A stretch of DNA of 44,272 nt from a virus (lineage: Duplodnaviria > Caudoviricetes), in IMG/VR virus record IMGVR_UViG_3300049023_000021, positions 1 through 44,272 of that record. One strand, written 5' to 3'. The notes under the pieces were generated by a model, which saw only the letters and a list, made by a program, of their open reading frames with translations, was not told the DNA's origin and did no database searches. Below, in pieces: positions 42,993-44,272 of the stretch; positions within the stretch are counted from its first letter, which is position 1; each line of letters starts with the position of its first letter. The position numbers and the translations under genes are program-made.

Positions 42993-44272
42993 TCAATCGT
43001 CGCTCGTGAAGTAACCAGGGTTCACAATCGCGAGTGTTAGGCTTTCTGTTCGAACGTCCTCTTGTGCCTGTTGCTTCGACACGCGACGTAACAAGCCCCG
43101 GTCTTCGAAATCCTGAATAGTCGTCTTGAGTGCAGCGCGTGGCCCGCGACGATCCTTCCTGAAGCAAGCGACGGCGTGCGTGTTACGAGCAAGGCACGCA
43201 AGCGTGATAACGCCTTTCTCCCGTGCAGCGCGTTCGGTCGCGTTCATCGACATTTGGTTTGTGAGGTAACGATAAATGACGCGGCGAATTGCAAGGTGCT
43301 GAGCATTATCGTTCAGCCCGCTTTCTTCCTCACCAACCGAACCGGTCTCAAACTTCCGAACGATATTCAACGTATCCGACATGCACAACGAGCACGCCCA
43401 TTCAATATCCTGTTCAGTGACAACCGGGGCGACCGGGGCGCGCGAGACAGCCAAGAGACCGGCGATCTTGAGAACCTTCAGGTGAAGGCGGTTCCATAGC
43501 TGAGCGACGGCGTTCTGCGATAGACCGAGTTCGTTGATACGCTCGTCAGCGAAACGGTTGATGGCCGCTGAATACTCGTGCGCTTGGCTCGTGAAGCTGA
43601 CAGCCTGAACGTTGCCTTGTTCCATCGTCTTTAACGCTTGATCCGCAATCGAATGTACGGCCTGAAGCAAGCTAGCATGTGGGAAGGCGCGGTAAGCGTT
43701 ATCGTTCCATGCAACACGCGGGCCGTCATATTCAATGATAGTGAAGCGCGGCAATAGACCCGATGCAATTTGCGTTTCGTCCAAGCCCTTGTAAAACTCT
43801 TCCGGCGTGCTTTCCCCGAGCCATGTAAACGCGGGGCTGTTGATGAGTTCGATATTGTTCTTCTTGTCGCTGTAAACCGTCGGGCGGATGACCTGACCGG
43901 CACCCGACTTAGAATACAGGTCAAGAAGCACGCGGCGCAACGTAACGTCGGCCATGTTCGCTTTACCGTTTGACATTTGCTGGATACGCAAGCCGACTTC
44001 GCCGGTCAGCGACACGAACGACGGTGTGACGCGTTCCGCAAGGTGCTTCAGCAAGCCCGAGCCGGAAGCCATGTCGGCGGGTCCGATGAATTGCCAGATA
44101 GCCGGAAAGTGGTACTGGCTTTCTATGGCCGACGCGATCTTGTTGATACCGCTCGCCATGGCTTCTTTACCGCGACCCGTGGCGGCTAGCATCATGAGAT
44201 ACAGGTTAAGGCCGGTGCCCGAGACGTTCCAAGCCCGACCACATACCCCCGCCATCAAGCCCAGGGCACCCG
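42993..44272 (-). CDS. C-terminal (DUF3987-like helicase/ATPase) part of the primase gene
   Basis: Open from the window edge: GALGLMAGVCGRAWNVSGTGLNLY..AATGRGKE..ASGSGL..LGESTP..SGLLPRF. Confidence 0.85.
   Translation of the reverse strand, partial: GALGLMAGVCGRAWNVSGTGLNLYLMMLAATGRGKEAMASGINKIASAIESQYHFPAIWQFIGPADMASGSGLLKHLAERVTPSFVSLTGEVGLRIQQMSNGKANMADVTLRRVLLDLYSKSGAGQVIRPTVYSDKKNNIELINSPAFTWLGESTPEEFYKGLDETQIASGLLPRFTIIEYDGPRVAWNDNAYRAFPHASLLQAVHSIADQALKTMEQGNVQAVSFTSQAHEYSAAINRFADERINELGLSQNAVAQLWNRLHLKVLKIAGLLAVSRAPVAPVVTEQDIEWACSLCMSDTLNIVRKFETGSVGEEESGLNDNAQHLAIRRVIYRYLTNQMSMNATERAAREKGVITLACLARNTHAVACFRKDRRGPRAALKTTIQDFEDRGLLRRVSKQQAQEDVRTESLTLAIVNPGYFTSDD

Overview
This window is an almost complete (~44.3 kb) genome of a lytic siphophage. 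It is opened inside the primase/helicase gene, whose N-terminal part lies at 1..1017 and C-terminal part at 42993..44272; the two ends do not join in frame, so a short piece is missing. Gene order resembles the Pseudomonas phage 73/KL1-type architecture. A + strand replication/recombination operon encodes a Sak4-like ATPase, DUF669-type SSB, Cas4-like nuclease, SF2 helicase, DEDDh exonuclease, clamp-like protein and family A polymerase. A long - strand block carries small early genes, a lysis cassette, terminases, head and tail genes. No integrase, tRNA or CRISPR array was seen. Apparent absence of GANTC and an IGHNGGPP motif suggest an alphaproteobacterial host (inference). Top observations: (1) an unannotated ~85-nt transcription unit (10469->10384) with its own sigma70 promoter, intrinsic terminator and exposed anti-Shine-Dalgarno motif, i.e. 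a candidate phage-encoded base-pairing sRNA; (2) 18 tandem 12-aa FxFDY repeats in a giant Dit/adhesin protein, with three more copies elsewhere, one at the C-terminus of the tail-tip protein, suggesting a docking or ruler scaffold for a polymeric fibre; (3) a PolA whose steric-gate Glu is replaced by His; (4) three paralogous small early proteins; (5) a symmetric AT-rich candidate origin. All calls come from reading motifs and synteny by eye; no searches were run.
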